A DNA stretch of 64,000 bases, taken from contig OX597814.1 in NCBI GenBank assembly GCA_951406725.2, positions 36,022,001-36,086,000 of the forward strand, written 5' to 3'. This document shows, piece after piece, positions 38,752-52,724 of the stretch. The notes beneath the pieces were generated by a model, which did no database searches, was not told the DNA's origin, and worked only from the letters and a program-made list of their open reading frames with translations. Source of the stretch: Octopus vulgaris (lineage: Eukaryota). A program made the position numbers and the translations under genes. The first letter of the stretch is position 1. The number at the start of each line of letters is the position of its first letter.

Positions 38752-38918
38752 TATACGATGAGCTTCTTTCAGTTCCCATCTACCAAATCCACTCACAACG
38801 CTTTGGTTGGCCCTAGGCTATAGTAGAAGATACTTGCTCAAGGTGCCATGCAGTGGCACTGAACCTGGAACTATGCGGTTTGTAAGCAAGCTACTTACCA
38901 CACAGCTACTCCTACGCC
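38752..38918 (-). mobile_element. 5' half of the CORE-like SINE
   Basis: Reverse complement of 6580-6745. Confidence 0.8.
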
Positions 38919-40329
38919 TATATATATATATATACAAATACATACATATACAAACACGCACACACACACACACACACGCATATATATATATATGTGTGTC
39001 ATTGTCATCATATTTTGTGTATTTATATATGTATATATGTACACATGCCCACTCACATACATGTATACATATATTCCCAGTGGTTTGACCTTCATGTTTA
39101 AATCTAAAATAATTAGTTAACATATTCACAGCATACATAAATTTAAAAGCCAATTCAATAATCAGATTATGTACCTTTTTAATATTTTGTTCATAGATCA
39201 TAAAATATCAAGTGACTCTGTTTTGCATTGAATTGATAAGGAAAATTGATGGTATGTTAGATTTATTGCTTTTCAAATGATGCCCTCTTTAAAACCTGTT
39301 AGACTAAGATTTCTTCATAGAAAACTGATATGGCTAGTGCCAACAGAACTTATATATTATTCAAAAAGTAATTTTGTTTTCACAAATCAAACACTGAGTC
39401 TGTATTTGTGCTCTGGAGTTCTACAAGGGATAAATAAAAAATAAATAGGAAACAAAAGAATACTTGTTATTGGTTAAGTGATTCTCTACTGAATAGAAGA
39501 TGTTGGAGAATTCATTGCAAAAACTCTGAAACTCATTTATTCTGGAAAATTGCCAAAACATTTAGATAGACATATTCTTAATAATACAATTGAAATTGCT
39601 TCTCTTGTAGCAATTAGATGAGAGATATATGTTTCCAGCCAGGTATCATCTGTACTTCATACTACTTTGAGTATCTTCACAGTAAAAGTGTAATTTTATC
39701 ATTATCTTCATTGGTGTTAGATTTCACTAAGATTATTTTACAAAATCAATCTTTAATAGAGTTAATATGCTACTGCATAAATATTAAAAAGAAACCACTG
39801 TTCTGCACATAAATCTACATTTGGCATTGTTACCTTAAGTTAACATCAGCAAACTGAAGTAGAGAGTCATGTTTCCTTACTTTCTTTTCTTCCAATGTTC
39901 CTGTTTTCTTCTCGCTTTTGAATTCCATCTATTTATTTATTTATTTATTTATTTATTTTGTTTGTTTATTTATTTATTTTTGGTTTTAAGCCAATTGGAA
40001 ATAGTGTTTAGTTCTATGTATCAAAGACTCATATTCTTAAACATATAAAGGACATGACAGCAGCTTAACATATTGATCATATCCTGATATATTTTTTCTA
40101 AAGGAAAGGGTCATCTAATTTTGGCAGTCTCACTTTGGTTTAACCTATACCTAGCAGTGCTTTCACTAGCTAGGAAAATGTTTTATTTCCATTCACCATT
40201 CATGTGATTTAACCTAACAAATATTTCTTTATGGCACATTGATACAAAACAAGGACTTTAGGTCGATTCACATATAGATACCTAACATCACATGAGAAGT
40301 AAGAAGTATTGAATATATATATATATATA

Positions 40330-40471
40330 TGCAGGAGTGTCTGTGTAGTAAGTAGTTTTCTTACCAACCACATGGTTCTGGGTTCAGTCCCACTGCATGG
40401 CACCTTCTACTATAGCCTTAGGCTGACCAAAGGCTTGTGAGTGGATTTGGTAGATAGAAACTGAAAGAAGC

Positions 40472-40532
<61 letters not shown>

Positions 40533-40715
40533 GTTTGTATCTGTGTTTGTCCCCCGCAACATTGCTTGACAACTGATGCTGGTGTGTTTACATCCCCGTA
40601 ACTTAGTGGTTCAGCAAAAGAAGCCAATAGAATAAGTACTAGGCTTATAAAGAATAAGTCCTGTGGTCGATTTGCTCAACTAAATGACTGAAACAAATAA
40701 AATAATAAAAGAATA
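40330..40715 (+). mobile_element. composite CORE-like SINE (small internal deletions)
   Basis: Aligns with 6580-7035. Confidence 0.85.
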
Positions 40716-41206
40716 TATACAGGCAGACAGACACACACATATATGTATATACATACACGCATGTATATGTATATATGTAGATGTGTGTGTATGTGCATGC
40801 ATGTATCTATGAACATGCATATTTGTGTGAGTGCATGCACACACACACACATATATGCATAAACATATGCATACATATGTAGACATATTTACTTATAAAA
40901 TATATGTATATCAATTTATTATTTTACTGGTTTTAGTTGGACTGGAGCCATATGGAGTCACTGACTTGACTGATGTTTTACTTAAATTCTGAAAGATGAA
41001 ATCTGAAAAGCGAAAGTTGACCTAAGAGGTCAATGAATGCAAATGGACCTTATCAAATATCCATTGTCCATTCATCAAAGAATATGCATGTGTGTGTGTG
41101 TGTGTGTGTGTGTAGCTTGTAAGGCAACGTGCATAAAAGAAAACAACATTGTAGTGACAAGTTTTAACAAATGTGATAGTCTAATGCTTCAAAAAAATGG
41201 AAAGCG

Positions 41207-41244
41207 TTTTGACATGTTGAACATTGGCCCTTCGTCAGGAAAAA
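41207..41244 (-). ncRNA. degenerate hammerhead in a PLE terminal-repeat fragment (41120-41300)
   Basis: TTTTTC-CTGACGA-A-GGGC-CAAT-GTTC-AACATGTC-AAAA; GAAACGTC appears decayed by CpG-type changes. Confidence 0.5.
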
Positions 41245-41489
41245 TAGAAGAATAAGAAAAGTTGGTGGGAAGAATAAAAAGAAAGAGAAAAGAAGATTGT
41301 TAAAAAGAGAGTTAAGAGTGAGGTAGAAATGCAATTCTATTGGTTAGACTTAAGAAGGGAAGAAGAAAAGATGAGGTGTGTGCATGCAATGGAGTGTATC
41401 TGTGTATAGAGGTGGGTATAAAGGAAAGGTAAATGTGTATGTGGTGGTATGGGGTACATGTGGTTACTTGGTGTGTGTGTAATTGTGTA

Positions 41490-42000
41490 GAGGTGTGCAA
41501 GAAGACTTGGGATGAGGTGGTGAAGCACGACCATAGAATGTTAGGCCTCACAGAGGCAATGACGAGTGACCAAGACCTTTGGAGATATACTGTGCTTGGG
41601 AAGACCCAGCAAGCCGAGTGAGACTGTAACCATGGCCTATGCCAGTGCTGCCTGACTGGCTCCTGTACCAGTGGCATGTAAAAAGCACCATTCGAGTGTG
41701 GTTGATACAAGTGTCACTTGACTGGCTCCTGTGCTGATGGCATGTAAAAAGCTCCATTCAAGTATGGATGATGCCGGTACCGCCTGACTGACCATCATAC
41801 TGGTGGCATGTAAAAAGCATCCACTACATTCTCAGAGAGGTTGGCTTTAGGAAGGGCATCTAGCTGCAGAAACTTTGCTAGATCAGGTTGGAGCCTGGTG
41901 CAGCCTTTTGGCTTGTCAGCCCTTGGTCAAACCGTCCAACCCATTCCAGCATGGAAAGCAGATTTTAAACGATGATTTTAAATAATGACAATGATGATGA
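41490..42000 (+). mobile_element. RTE LINE 3' end (ORF C-terminus + UTR)
   Basis: KKTWDEVVKHDHRMLGLTEAMTSDQDLWRYTVLGKT followed by the UTR array. Confidence 0.85.
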
Positions 42001-42005
42001 TTATG

Positions 42006-42046
<41 letters not shown>

Positions 42047-42133
42047 TATTAGAGACAAAACCACTATTTTGCAAAACAAACAAGGAAAGACTTAATCAAT
42101 ACATAAAATTTTAATAAATAGTCAAAAAAACCA

Positions 42134-42176
42134 CCACTACAATCGTTTCTTGTCTTGATCGACAATCTTCAGGTGG
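42134..42176 (-). ncRNA. intact minimal type I hammerhead ribozyme in a PLE terminal-repeat fragment (42045-42200)
   Basis: CCAC-CTGAAGA-TTGTC-GATCAA-GACAA-GAA-AC-GATT-GT-A-GTGG: all core nucleotides present, three stems, GUA cleavage triplet. Confidence 0.8.
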
Positions 42177-43229
42177 ACTTCAATAAATCAGTTTCAAATT
42201 ATATATATCCTAACTGCCGTGCCTGACATTGCTTTGGTTTATTAATATTTTAATACATGAAATAAATATAGCTACATGAATTCACTCTATATTGGATATG
42301 CAACAAAAAACCATTAAAAAATGGAAGGAAAATAAAGGTCTCCCAATTTTACACAAACAAAATTTCACTGGTTATCACAGATTTGCCAGATCCATTTCAT
42401 GAACAGAGGAACATAATTAAAAAAAAGAAATAAAGCAAATTGAAGCTTTAAATGAAAATTTTGCAAGTAGATTAAAAAAACCTTAAGGATGGAAAGCATA
42501 CAATCTTCACTGTAACTGTTTTGCACTTCATTTAAAATATGTTTTTGTTTTTGGCTCTATGCTTTAAAATTGGCAATTATGATTCCTAAAAGCATGGTAA
42601 AAAAAAACCAGTCACAAATTCAATTTTTTCACTTAGCTCTTTACTATTTAATCTTAACCCTAAATGTTGCATTAAAACCTCAAGTTTATTTACAGAATGC
42701 TAAGTTTGATTGTTTTGAACACAGAAGAGAATTTTCTAAAAAATAAAAAATAAAATAAAATAGTTACAGGGCTGATTATTTCATGACTCTGCCAACACAC
42801 ACATACACACACACATGCATGCACGCACGCACACACAGACACACATACATGCACACACATTATGAATACATACATACATATATGTGTATGCATAAGTGCT
42901 ATTGGTTGATTCTAATTCACTTAGTGAAGAATTTGATGTGATTTTCAACAGGATTCCTAATTTTAAAAAGTGAATGATCTTATATTTTTCAAAAGCATCT
43001 GAGACTGAGGGGAAGAAGTTATCCCAAAACCAGATACCTGATCTAAATACTTGCATCCAAGTGACCTTTTATAAAAGCACCTAAGAACCAACTGCTGGGT
43101 TTAAGCTAAGCAATTTGACTAAGTCTACCACTCAAATACTTAGAATGAAAAGTACAGGAATAATAATATAAGGCATTCCTATTTGATGTCCTTATAATTC
43201 TATCAGTCTGCTGTTCTGTGTTGATAACT

Positions 43230-43630
43230 TACTCTTTTGCTTGTTTCAGTCATTTGACTGCGGCCATGCTGGAGCACTGCCTTTAGTCGAGCAAATCGAC
43301 CTTGGGACCTATTCTTTGTAAGCCCAGTACTTATTCTATCTCTTTTGCCGAACCACTAAGTGACGGGGACGTAAACACACCAGCATCGGTTGTCAAGCAA
43401 TGCTAGGGGGACAAACACAGACACACAAACATATACACACACATACATATACATATACATATATACGACAGGCTTCTTTCGGTTTCCGTCTACCAAATCC
43501 ACTCACAAGGCTTTGGTTGGCCCGAGGCTATAACAGAAGACACTTGCCCAAGATGCCACGCAGTGGGACTGAACCCGGAACCATGTGGTTGGTTAACAAG
43601 CTACTTACCTCACAGCCACTCCTGTGCCTA
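43230..43630 (-). mobile_element. full-length composite CORE-like SINE, low divergence
   Basis: Reverse complement of 6580-7035 with many CpGs retained. Confidence 0.9.
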
Positions 43631-45164
43631 TATTTATTTGTTTTTGATCTGAAAAGGATGAATGACAAAAATTATCAAGGTAAGATTTGAACTCAGAACA
43701 AAGAGAACCAGAACAAATAACGGGCTATTTTGTCTTCTGTTCTAACAACTAGAGTAGTAAAGTGGATTTGTATTTAGAAGCTACAAGGATGAAATCGAAT
43801 ACTGAACTCAGTAATTAATTGTTTATGCCATCAAACTAATTTGTCCTAAAGATATATTTATGCTGGCTTAATTTAGTTAAAGTCTTTCATTATATATGTG
43901 TGTTTCTGAGCAACATAGTTGACTATGGTTGTTGCTTAGTAGGCAGAATTCAGAAATATAATCACTAGCTCTACTTTAAAAGCAATGGTATGTATTTTAT
44001 TAGCTTCTGATGTTGAGTTCAAGTCCTCTGTAGCCATAACTCTGTGAAAGATATAAATATAAAGATTATATATATGAAACTGTACAGTGCTTATTAATGA
44101 CACCAGTTATTGATGAAGGAATCTGAGTTTTAATTTAACAGATTTCTCACATTCTTATCCTATCTCATATGCATGTTTTTATTTTTTTAATTTTTAATGT
44201 AATGTATTTGCTTTTGAATACCAGATTAAACAACATAAAATCTAATTCAAACTATAATTACATTTAAAACCGAACCTGTGAGCCATTAAACTTCTCTGTC
44301 AGCCACCTAGTTAATTTAACAGCATATGATTGACTCGCCAGTTTTATAGCTTTGTTGATTGAGTCCAGTTTTTTTTGCGAGAATTTTAAGATCAAACTAC
44401 TGTAATCCCTTAACACAGTTTATAATTTTCATAAGCTCTGCCGTGTTTTCTCTAATTATATGTGGTTGCTATTTGCCAAAGCAACAACTTTGTACAAACT
44501 GAATTTTAATACAGAGCATATTCCGGAAACAAGGAAGTAAGAGTTATTTGAGTATTACTAAACTGATGAAGATTTATTTGCGAGTTTACAGTAGTTTCAT
44601 TGCTAATCACCTCTTTTCTTGTAGGATTTATTTTTATGACCAAAATTAAAATAAAGTGTCATAAAATAAACTAAATATGCTTATATATATATATCACTGA
44701 AATTACTATATTTAATGTAGTGAGCATCTTGCTTTTGAGAAAATTGGCCTCGGCGAATGTCTATGATTTTTTAAAGAGATAGTATATAAGCATTTCATAA
44801 AATTATTACATGATGACTTAAATGTGTAATTTAGCAGAAGGCTTTTGTGATGTTCTTAGTGTTTCATTGACTGGTCTTTGTATACAAGATATACAATACT
44901 TAGCTTCTGACTTAATTTATGCTACCTTCTGGCTTAACTTAATACAAACATCATTATCATTGTTTTTATTTCTGTTGATGTCAGTGTTATCATTATCATT
45001 GTCAGCATTGTTGCCATTATGTTCCTCACCACCATGTTTACAAGTACTTTTACATGCTGGAATTAGTCGCACTCTTTTAAAGCCAGGTGCTCTTCCCAAC
45101 ATCAATGCTTATGACATGCAAGTATATAATGTACCTATTTTATATACACACCTATATATATATA

Positions 45165-45411
45165 TATCACGTAATCATGTGACCGACCAGTCCATCAGAT
45201 GTAGTTACACATCGCTGGTCACAATGCATTCGCATTGTTTTAGCCTCCGAATGACGCTACTCCGCTGGCTAAGCGAGCAGGCCAACGGAAGAAAGAGTGA
45301 GAGAAAGAGTGGTGAAAAAGTACAGCAGGGATCACCACCATCCCCTGCCGGAGCCTCGTGGAGGTTTTAGGTGTTTTCGCTCAATAAACACTCACAACGC
45401 CCGGTCTGGGA
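45165..45411 (-). mobile_element. 5'-truncated tRNA SINE (53232 family)
   Basis: Reverse complement aligns with 53290-53537. Confidence 0.85.
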
Positions 45412-45444
45412 ATATATATATATACATACATATATATATATATA

Positions 45445-45626
45445 TATAGCTTCTGCACGCATTTTTTTCCCTCCGTGTTTCTTTTCTGTGTATCTTTCTG
45501 TTGAAGAACGTAGGCTCGAAATGTAAAAGACTTGTTTTATTTATATTCCTGAGTGCCATACTAATACAATTGTTTGTTTGTATTCCACCTGCCTTCGTCT
45601 TTTGTTTATTTTCATAAAGCTTCCCG

Positions 45627-45630
<4 letters not shown>
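45445..45630 (+). mobile_element. PLE terminal-repeat-like element, family B (HHR-like motif at 45493-45530)
   Basis: TCTTT-CTGTTGA-A-GAAC-GTAG-GCTC-GAAATGTA-AAAGA; flanked by (TA)n. Confidence 0.7.
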
Positions 45631-45663
<33 letters not shown>

Positions 45664-45686
45664 CATATATATACATATATATATAC

Positions 45687-45749
<63 letters not shown>

Positions 45750-45784
45750 TTTATGTATATATATATATATATATTTATTTTTTT

Positions 45785-45869
<85 letters not shown>

Positions 45870-45872
<3 letters not shown>

Positions 45873-45985
45873 GCCAGATAAGACCGGAGCCTGGTGCAGC
45901 CTTCTGGCTTCTCAGATTCCCGGTCGAACCGTCCAACCCATGCTAGCATGGAGAACAGACGTTAAACGATGATGATGATGATATG
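45870..45985 (+). mobile_element. short RTE 3'-terminal fragment
   Basis: ..GTCCAACCCATGCTAGCATGGAGAACAGACGTTAAACGATGATGATG. Confidence 0.8.
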
Positions 45986-46436
45986 ATGATATATATATAC
46001 ATATATATATACACGTATGAGAGGGAAACCACTATGTGGACACTCCTATGCTGGAAATAGATCCGCTATGGTCTTACCAAAAAAGAGATGTTCTCAAGGA
46101 AATTCAGCAAAAACAACCAAAATTTAAATTTAAATTTATATATATATATGTATATTGACATCTCTCTCTCCCTCTCTTCGTCCCCCTCTCTCCCTCTCTC
46201 CCCCTCTTTAATCGATTTATCACTCTATATATCCATATACCTATTTAGCTATATAAATGTGTGTGTGTAAATATGGATATATGTGCATATGTATGTATAT
46301 GTCCATTATATTCCCATATATCAATATGTATTCATATCATTGCTTTGTGTATATGTAATGAATAATAATAAATTCAAATATATAAAAATCTGACTGTATC
46401 TGCAAATGATTCTAAATATGTATGTATGTATTAATA

Positions 46437-46673
<237 letters not shown>

Positions 46674-46955
46674 ATATGTAAATTCTGCACGTGTATGTTG
46701 TATTAAACATCTTTTCTCACAATAACAGATCGACTGATACATTGATAAATACACTTTTGTCTGGAAATGTTTTAAAACTGGAATTTTATCTATCTAACTT
46801 TACCCACATTTTTATATAAAAGAAAAACATTAGATACATTTTTATATATGGTTATACAGATGTGTGTGTGTGTGTGTGCACACATGTGTGTAGATATATG
46901 TGTGTGTATAAATACATACATACATATGTATATATATATATATGCATATATGTGT

Positions 46956-46996
<41 letters not shown>

Positions 46997-48302
46997 TATA
47001 TACATATACATATATGTGTGTGTATATATATATATACATATTTATATATATGTGAATACATATGTGTATATGTATAAATGCATGTGTTGTATATGGGTAT
47101 ATATGTATACACACAGACGCACAAGACCAATGCACATATACACACACATACATTTATGTATACAAGCAGACACATACACACACATGCACACGCACACATA
47201 AAATACTTGCATTGAAAGTATAAAGAAAGAAAGTAAAAAAGAAAGAGCAACTGCAGAGAAGAAAGAAAACAAATAAGAGCAAATGTTATCATAATATAGA
47301 TTTCTAAATTCATTTCCATACTATTTCTCTCTCATCATAGCCAAAGTTTAATAATCAATTGAGGATAACCTTCAACCAACTATTATTGTGACTGGAGAAT
47401 TTGTACTGAAGAAAATAACAACTGTTCATTTATTTTCTCTGGAATCTGAATCAGTGCTAGTTTGAGAAATAATGAGACTAGCGGGGGAAAAAAGAAAATA
47501 TCTTTTAGTAAATTACATTATGAAACAGATAAAATATTAGGAACAATATGTTAAAGCAAATGTAAGATCATTTTAAAAAATATATATGAGTAAACAGATA
47601 TCATCTTTCACCATATTTTTTCTGTAATTTTATTTAGTTTTTCGTTGGTTTGAAAAATTTTATTTTTTATTTTTTCCATCTTTTGTCTGAATCATTATTC
47701 TTATTTTATATTTTAAAAAAAGATTTTCTGATTCTTCTTTATTTTTTTTTTTGCAGCATTATGTGTGTCCCTATATGTGTGTGTGTCTGTATTTCTCTGT
47801 GCGTGTTTATATATGTATTTTGGAACACTTAATCCGTCTAGGTGCAAAGAGGTAGTTATTATAGGGAATTTAATAGCATGAATTTGTCAATACTAACAAC
47901 ATAATTACAAAACTAAATTTAGAATTCTTCCTTTAACAGGAGACTGGTTTCTTGATAAAAAAAAAAAACCCAAAAAAACAAACAAACAGAGAGAAGTATT
48001 TTACTAATGGGATAAAAAAGAAATAGAAAAGTAATTCAGAATTTTAAAACAGAATCATCACAACACATATATTTTAGTTTATCTGCTAATGCTTCTAAAG
48101 GGTATTTATATTAATAATGATAAATGACATCTAGATAGATATTGCCTGCAGATAATAGAACTAATGTCAAGACAGAAACTAAACCTAGTGTAATTTCTTC
48201 TCTATGAGAATCTATTGTTTCAACAAGACAAAGTGTAAGTGTGTGTGTATGTCAGTGCACTAATACAGACAGAAATATACTCACATATCCACACACAAAT
48301 TA

Positions 48303-48397
<95 letters not shown>

Positions 48398-48400
48398 TGT

Positions 48401-48441
<41 letters not shown>

Positions 48442-48839
48442 CATATATATATGTGTGTATGTATACATATATATATATATACACATATATGTATACATAT
48501 ATATACATATATATGTATTATGTATATATGTACGCATACAGAGATATATATGTATTCATACGCACAGTTATATGTGTATGTATATATCTTAATCATTATT
48601 GTTTTATCTGCACTTTTTTCATGCTTGCATTGGTCAGACAGAATTGGATGAGATAGATTTTCTGTAACTATTTTCGCAGAAAATTGGAAATGAAGAACGC
48701 TACTTATATGGCAGCGACACTGTTGCATGATATCATTGCACAGGAGAGAGATGGCAGAAATACTACTGGACTATAGAGTTTGTAAAAAGACAGTTGCTTC
48801 TCTGAACAAAAGTTCACTCACTGAATGGGGACAGTGAAT

Positions 48840-49090
48840 TTTTACCTCTGCCTTAGTGAAGGTTGAGGATTTGTTTGCAGTTGTGTTTGTTTGTTTTCCG
48901 TGGACAAGATATCTCAAGAACTGCAGAATGGAGTCAGATGAAACATTCAGAGATGTTTGACCTCGTGACTGGCACAAACTGATTAGATTTTGGGATCGAT
49001 CCAGTATAGGATAAGGATTCTGGATTATTTTACCTGTTTTTTTACTTAATTTTTTGAGAGAGTTTGGGTTTACTTTTTTGTGTTCTCATG
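48840..49090 (+). mobile_element. Helentron-associated (HINE/DINE-like) non-autonomous element fragment
   Basis: TTACCTCTGCC..GAAGG..GAGG start, (GTTT)n tract, GATATCTCAAGAAC..GATGAAAC..GATTAGATTTTGGGATCGATCC layout. Confidence 0.5.
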
Positions 49091-49702
49091 TATATAGGAT
49101 ACAGTAGATATGTGAAACAGACAAATGAGGAGGTGATGATAGAGAGTGGCACAGGGAGGGGAGAGAAGGTTCAGAAAGGAGGTGATTGGTGGAGACAGTA
49201 GGAAGGGAAAGAAGATAACTGGGTGGGGGCAAAGATACCTCAGAAAGTCAAGGTTGGTGTAGTATATGCCTAAACTACTCTCAGTTGATAGAGGAAGTGA
49301 TGGCTATTAGGGAATGAAATGTAGGTGAAGAAAGAAGGTTGATGGGGCAGTGCTCCCCCTGGCTAAGCATTTACCAAGGTGGTTTTCAGATATTAATTCT
49401 TTTGTGGTGGATGGGTTTTCTTATTTGGTGCAGCAAGGCACCAAATACCGTTGTCTTTTATCATCTCCTTTGTAAGGCTCAGTATTTTGATCCACATTCA
49501 ATACTTTGGTGCACGTCTACCTGCATTTCTCTCTTCCAGAAATTCCATCAACTTTAAGTGATTGGCACTTCTTTATGGAACTGTCCTCTTCTATATGCAT
49601 CATATGACCAAACCAGTGCAGTCTTCTCTCTTGCACACTGCATTTAATTTCTCTTGTATCTAACTTTTCTCTCAAATGCACTAGTGCCCTGTTGCATATA
49701 TA

Positions 49703-50880
49703 CAAGGTGCATAAGATATTTGAGGACAGATTTATGTTCATAAAAAAATAACCAGATATATAATAACAGATAATAACTTTATTTATCAAAAAATGCTATG
49801 AGGATAAAAATAAACTTTTTCAATAATGTTATTCAATAAAGCTACCTTCAGCTTCAACAACTGCTTGTATATGAGATCTAAATTATCTAAATCCTCAAAT
49901 CAAGTGGTTCTGGTTAATTTTGGACAGTATTCTGACTATGGGAGTTTTCAAAGAATCTTTAGTGTTATGGGCATGTTCATTGATTTCTCTCTCAACAATG
50001 CTCTACATATAATAGTTCAATGGACTGAGATCTGGGGAATTAGGAGGCCAAATGTTAGGGGTTATGTGATCATGAATATTTTCAGCTATCCATTCCTGTG
50101 TTACTAGAGCCATGTGTGATAGTGCAGAGTCTTACTGAAATACATATGGCCTTCCATTGCATACAGGGCTTAACAATTATTTCCAGGACCTCAATGTAGG
50201 TGGTAGAGTTAACTCTAAGGCCTTGTAGAAAGAAGTAAGAAAGCATTACATGTTCTTCATTGCTGACAATCCCTGAAACCATGACAGTTTCAGAAAATTT
50301 TGTATGAGTAACACTTGGAACTTCAGAAGGGTCTGCACATAATCATCTGTCATTTCTTCTGTTAACTTTTTGATCTTGGTCGAAGTTCTTCTCGTTTGAG
50401 AAAATTCAAATCAAATCTTCTACTGGATTTTTCAGTTTGTTTAAGAGCCTTTTAGATCTGATGTAGGGATTTTCATGGACAATATTTCTGACTGTCCCTT
50501 CTGACACATGAAGATTGTTTTTTGCAATTGACCTCGTGGACTTTCTGGGATTGTAATCAATAGTCTGTTGAACTTGCTGGATAAATTCAGATGTTCTGAT
50601 GATTTCAGAGCATTTAGAATGTTCTTTATGTTTTGATACTAGTGATACATTTCCATCTTCAGTCTCTAGCTCCTTACAAACTTTGGCAACTTTTAAAACT
50701 TGAGATATTTCTAAATCCCTATGCTCAGCCTTTATAACCACAATAACAACATGCCTCCTCATTTCTTGTGTAAGTTGAGATTCTGCCATTATAATTTTCT
50801 GAAACAAAGATTATACAAAGTTAGCAAAAAATGCAGCAGTCACATGTCCACTGCATTCAGGGCCTTATGTCTCACTGCCA
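49703..50880 (-). mobile_element. decayed Tc1/mariner-superfamily element (maT/DD37D-like)
   Basis: HTH-like region NPRKSTRSIAK..VSEGTVRNIVHE, MVSGIVSNEEHVM..FFLQGLRVNSTTYIEVL, and WPPNSPDLSPLNYY. Confidence 0.8.
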
Positions 50881-50884
50881 TATA

Positions 50885-50958
<74 letters not shown>

Positions 50959-51699
50959 TGGTGTAATCCTTGGCAGGATCGTAGTTGAGTGAAATTGATG
51001 CCCATTGACTATTCAATGGCTTCCAGTAGCCATGGGCAAGCGCCTTCCAGTGAATATTAGACTGGAGTCTCATCATCCAATGGTTATCATCATCTGCAAA
51101 CCTCACAGCAGAAGTGGAGGCAGTGTTGTGGGGTTTCTGTGGCCCTTACCTCAGCAGCATGCACTTAATAGGTTTCACACTGCTCTGTAGTTGTTGCAGC
51201 AGCATCTCTTTTCAACAGTGTACAGGACCTCTGGTCCTCATTTTCCTTAGCCTGCCAGTGCTGCTGCCTTGCTGCTGCAAAAGGATTTCTGCCAATGCAT
51301 GCTCTCTTTTAAAGTGGCATGCTTGTACTATCTGGAAAAGGAAAATGGGTTCTTGTGTACCAAGGGATTATTGATTCTATTATAAGCTAACAAAAGCCCC
51401 TTTATTTTGTCTTCTCACACAACCTGCACATAAAGTAACAGCAAAAGCTGCATAAAGTAAAATTGGTATGGAGCTTTTTGAAAGATATGTATAGCTTTTG
51501 CTAGTGGAAGAAAAATTCTTATTTAAAAGTTGATTCTTTGAGATGAATCACATGGGATTGTTTAAAAAAAGGATAAAATGTATTTGAAACAATGGACAAC
51601 AGTCAAAATATCATAATGGATGGGTAAATAAGCATCCTTAAAGTGAAACAACACATTGTTAAGTAAACAAAGGTATTAACAAATAGAAGGGAGGAAAGG

Positions 51700-51941
51700 G
51701 AACATCCCCTTTCAAGTTACTCAGAATAGGTATCTCTTTACTATGCTCTCTTTACTCCTTGGTCAACACCTAGATTCACAGCAATTTATACAGAAAATTC
51801 GTGCGTATAACTCTACCTTCCAGATGACAAGTTTTGATCACAAACCCATTCATGAAGACTCCTATATGCCAACGTTCAAAATTCAGGACCAAACCTATCA
51901 TTGAATGGGCTCTATTCTTCCTGTCAACAACGCTGAACACC

Positions 51942-51942
<1 letters not shown>
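51700..51942 (+). pseudogene. Helitron Rep/Helicase N-terminal coding fragment
   Basis: SQQFIQKIRAYNSTFQMTSFDHKPIHEDSYMPTFKIQDQTYH*MGSILP matches the Helitron motif IR.YNS.FQMTSFG..PTFKIQGQ.YH.IGSLLP. Confidence 0.8.
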
Positions 51943-52028
<86 letters not shown>

Positions 52029-52484
52029 AGTCTGTCTGTCTGTCTGTCTATATCTCTTGCTTCAGCATCATCATCATTGTCATCATTAGATGCCTGCTCT
52101 CTATGGTGGTGTGGGTTGGATGAGTAGCCATTCTTTGAGTCAGCATATATTTGGTGAAACAAGCTTTCCAAATATTATGAAGAATGCATCTTAAGCATAT
52201 AATCACGTGTATGCATGTGTATGTGTAATGTGTGTGTGTGTAATGTGCATGTGTGTAACATGCAGCCCTCTTATCTGTGTAAGAGGCTGTACCTCCAAAT
52301 ATAAGCTGTCTCTAACCATGGCCCTATCTCCTATCTCTACTAGCTTAGTGAACAGACATAAAACTGTGATGATGATGATGATGATGATAAATAGAGAAAC
52401 GAGGAAAGACAGATAGAAAGATAGATAGATAGCTATGTAGATAGGGACATAAATATACAGACAAACAGATAGATAGATAGATAA

Positions 52485-52529
<45 letters not shown>

Positions 52530-52620
52530 GAGATATATAGATAGATACATAGCTATGTAGATAGCTATTGAGATAGGTAGATAAATATACAGACAGACAG
52601 ATAGATAGATAAATAGATAA

Positions 52621-52724
<104 letters not shown>

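Noticed and set aside
44822-45370. 182-aa ORF with a hydrophobic stretch
   Set aside because: A chimera of a decayed (CAT/TGT) repeat, a TA tract and an antisense SINE.
46996-47319. Signal-peptide-like ORF MEMNLEIYIMITFALICFLSS..
   Set aside because: Hydrophobicity derives from a T-rich low-complexity tract; there is no good GT donor and it runs into microsatellite.
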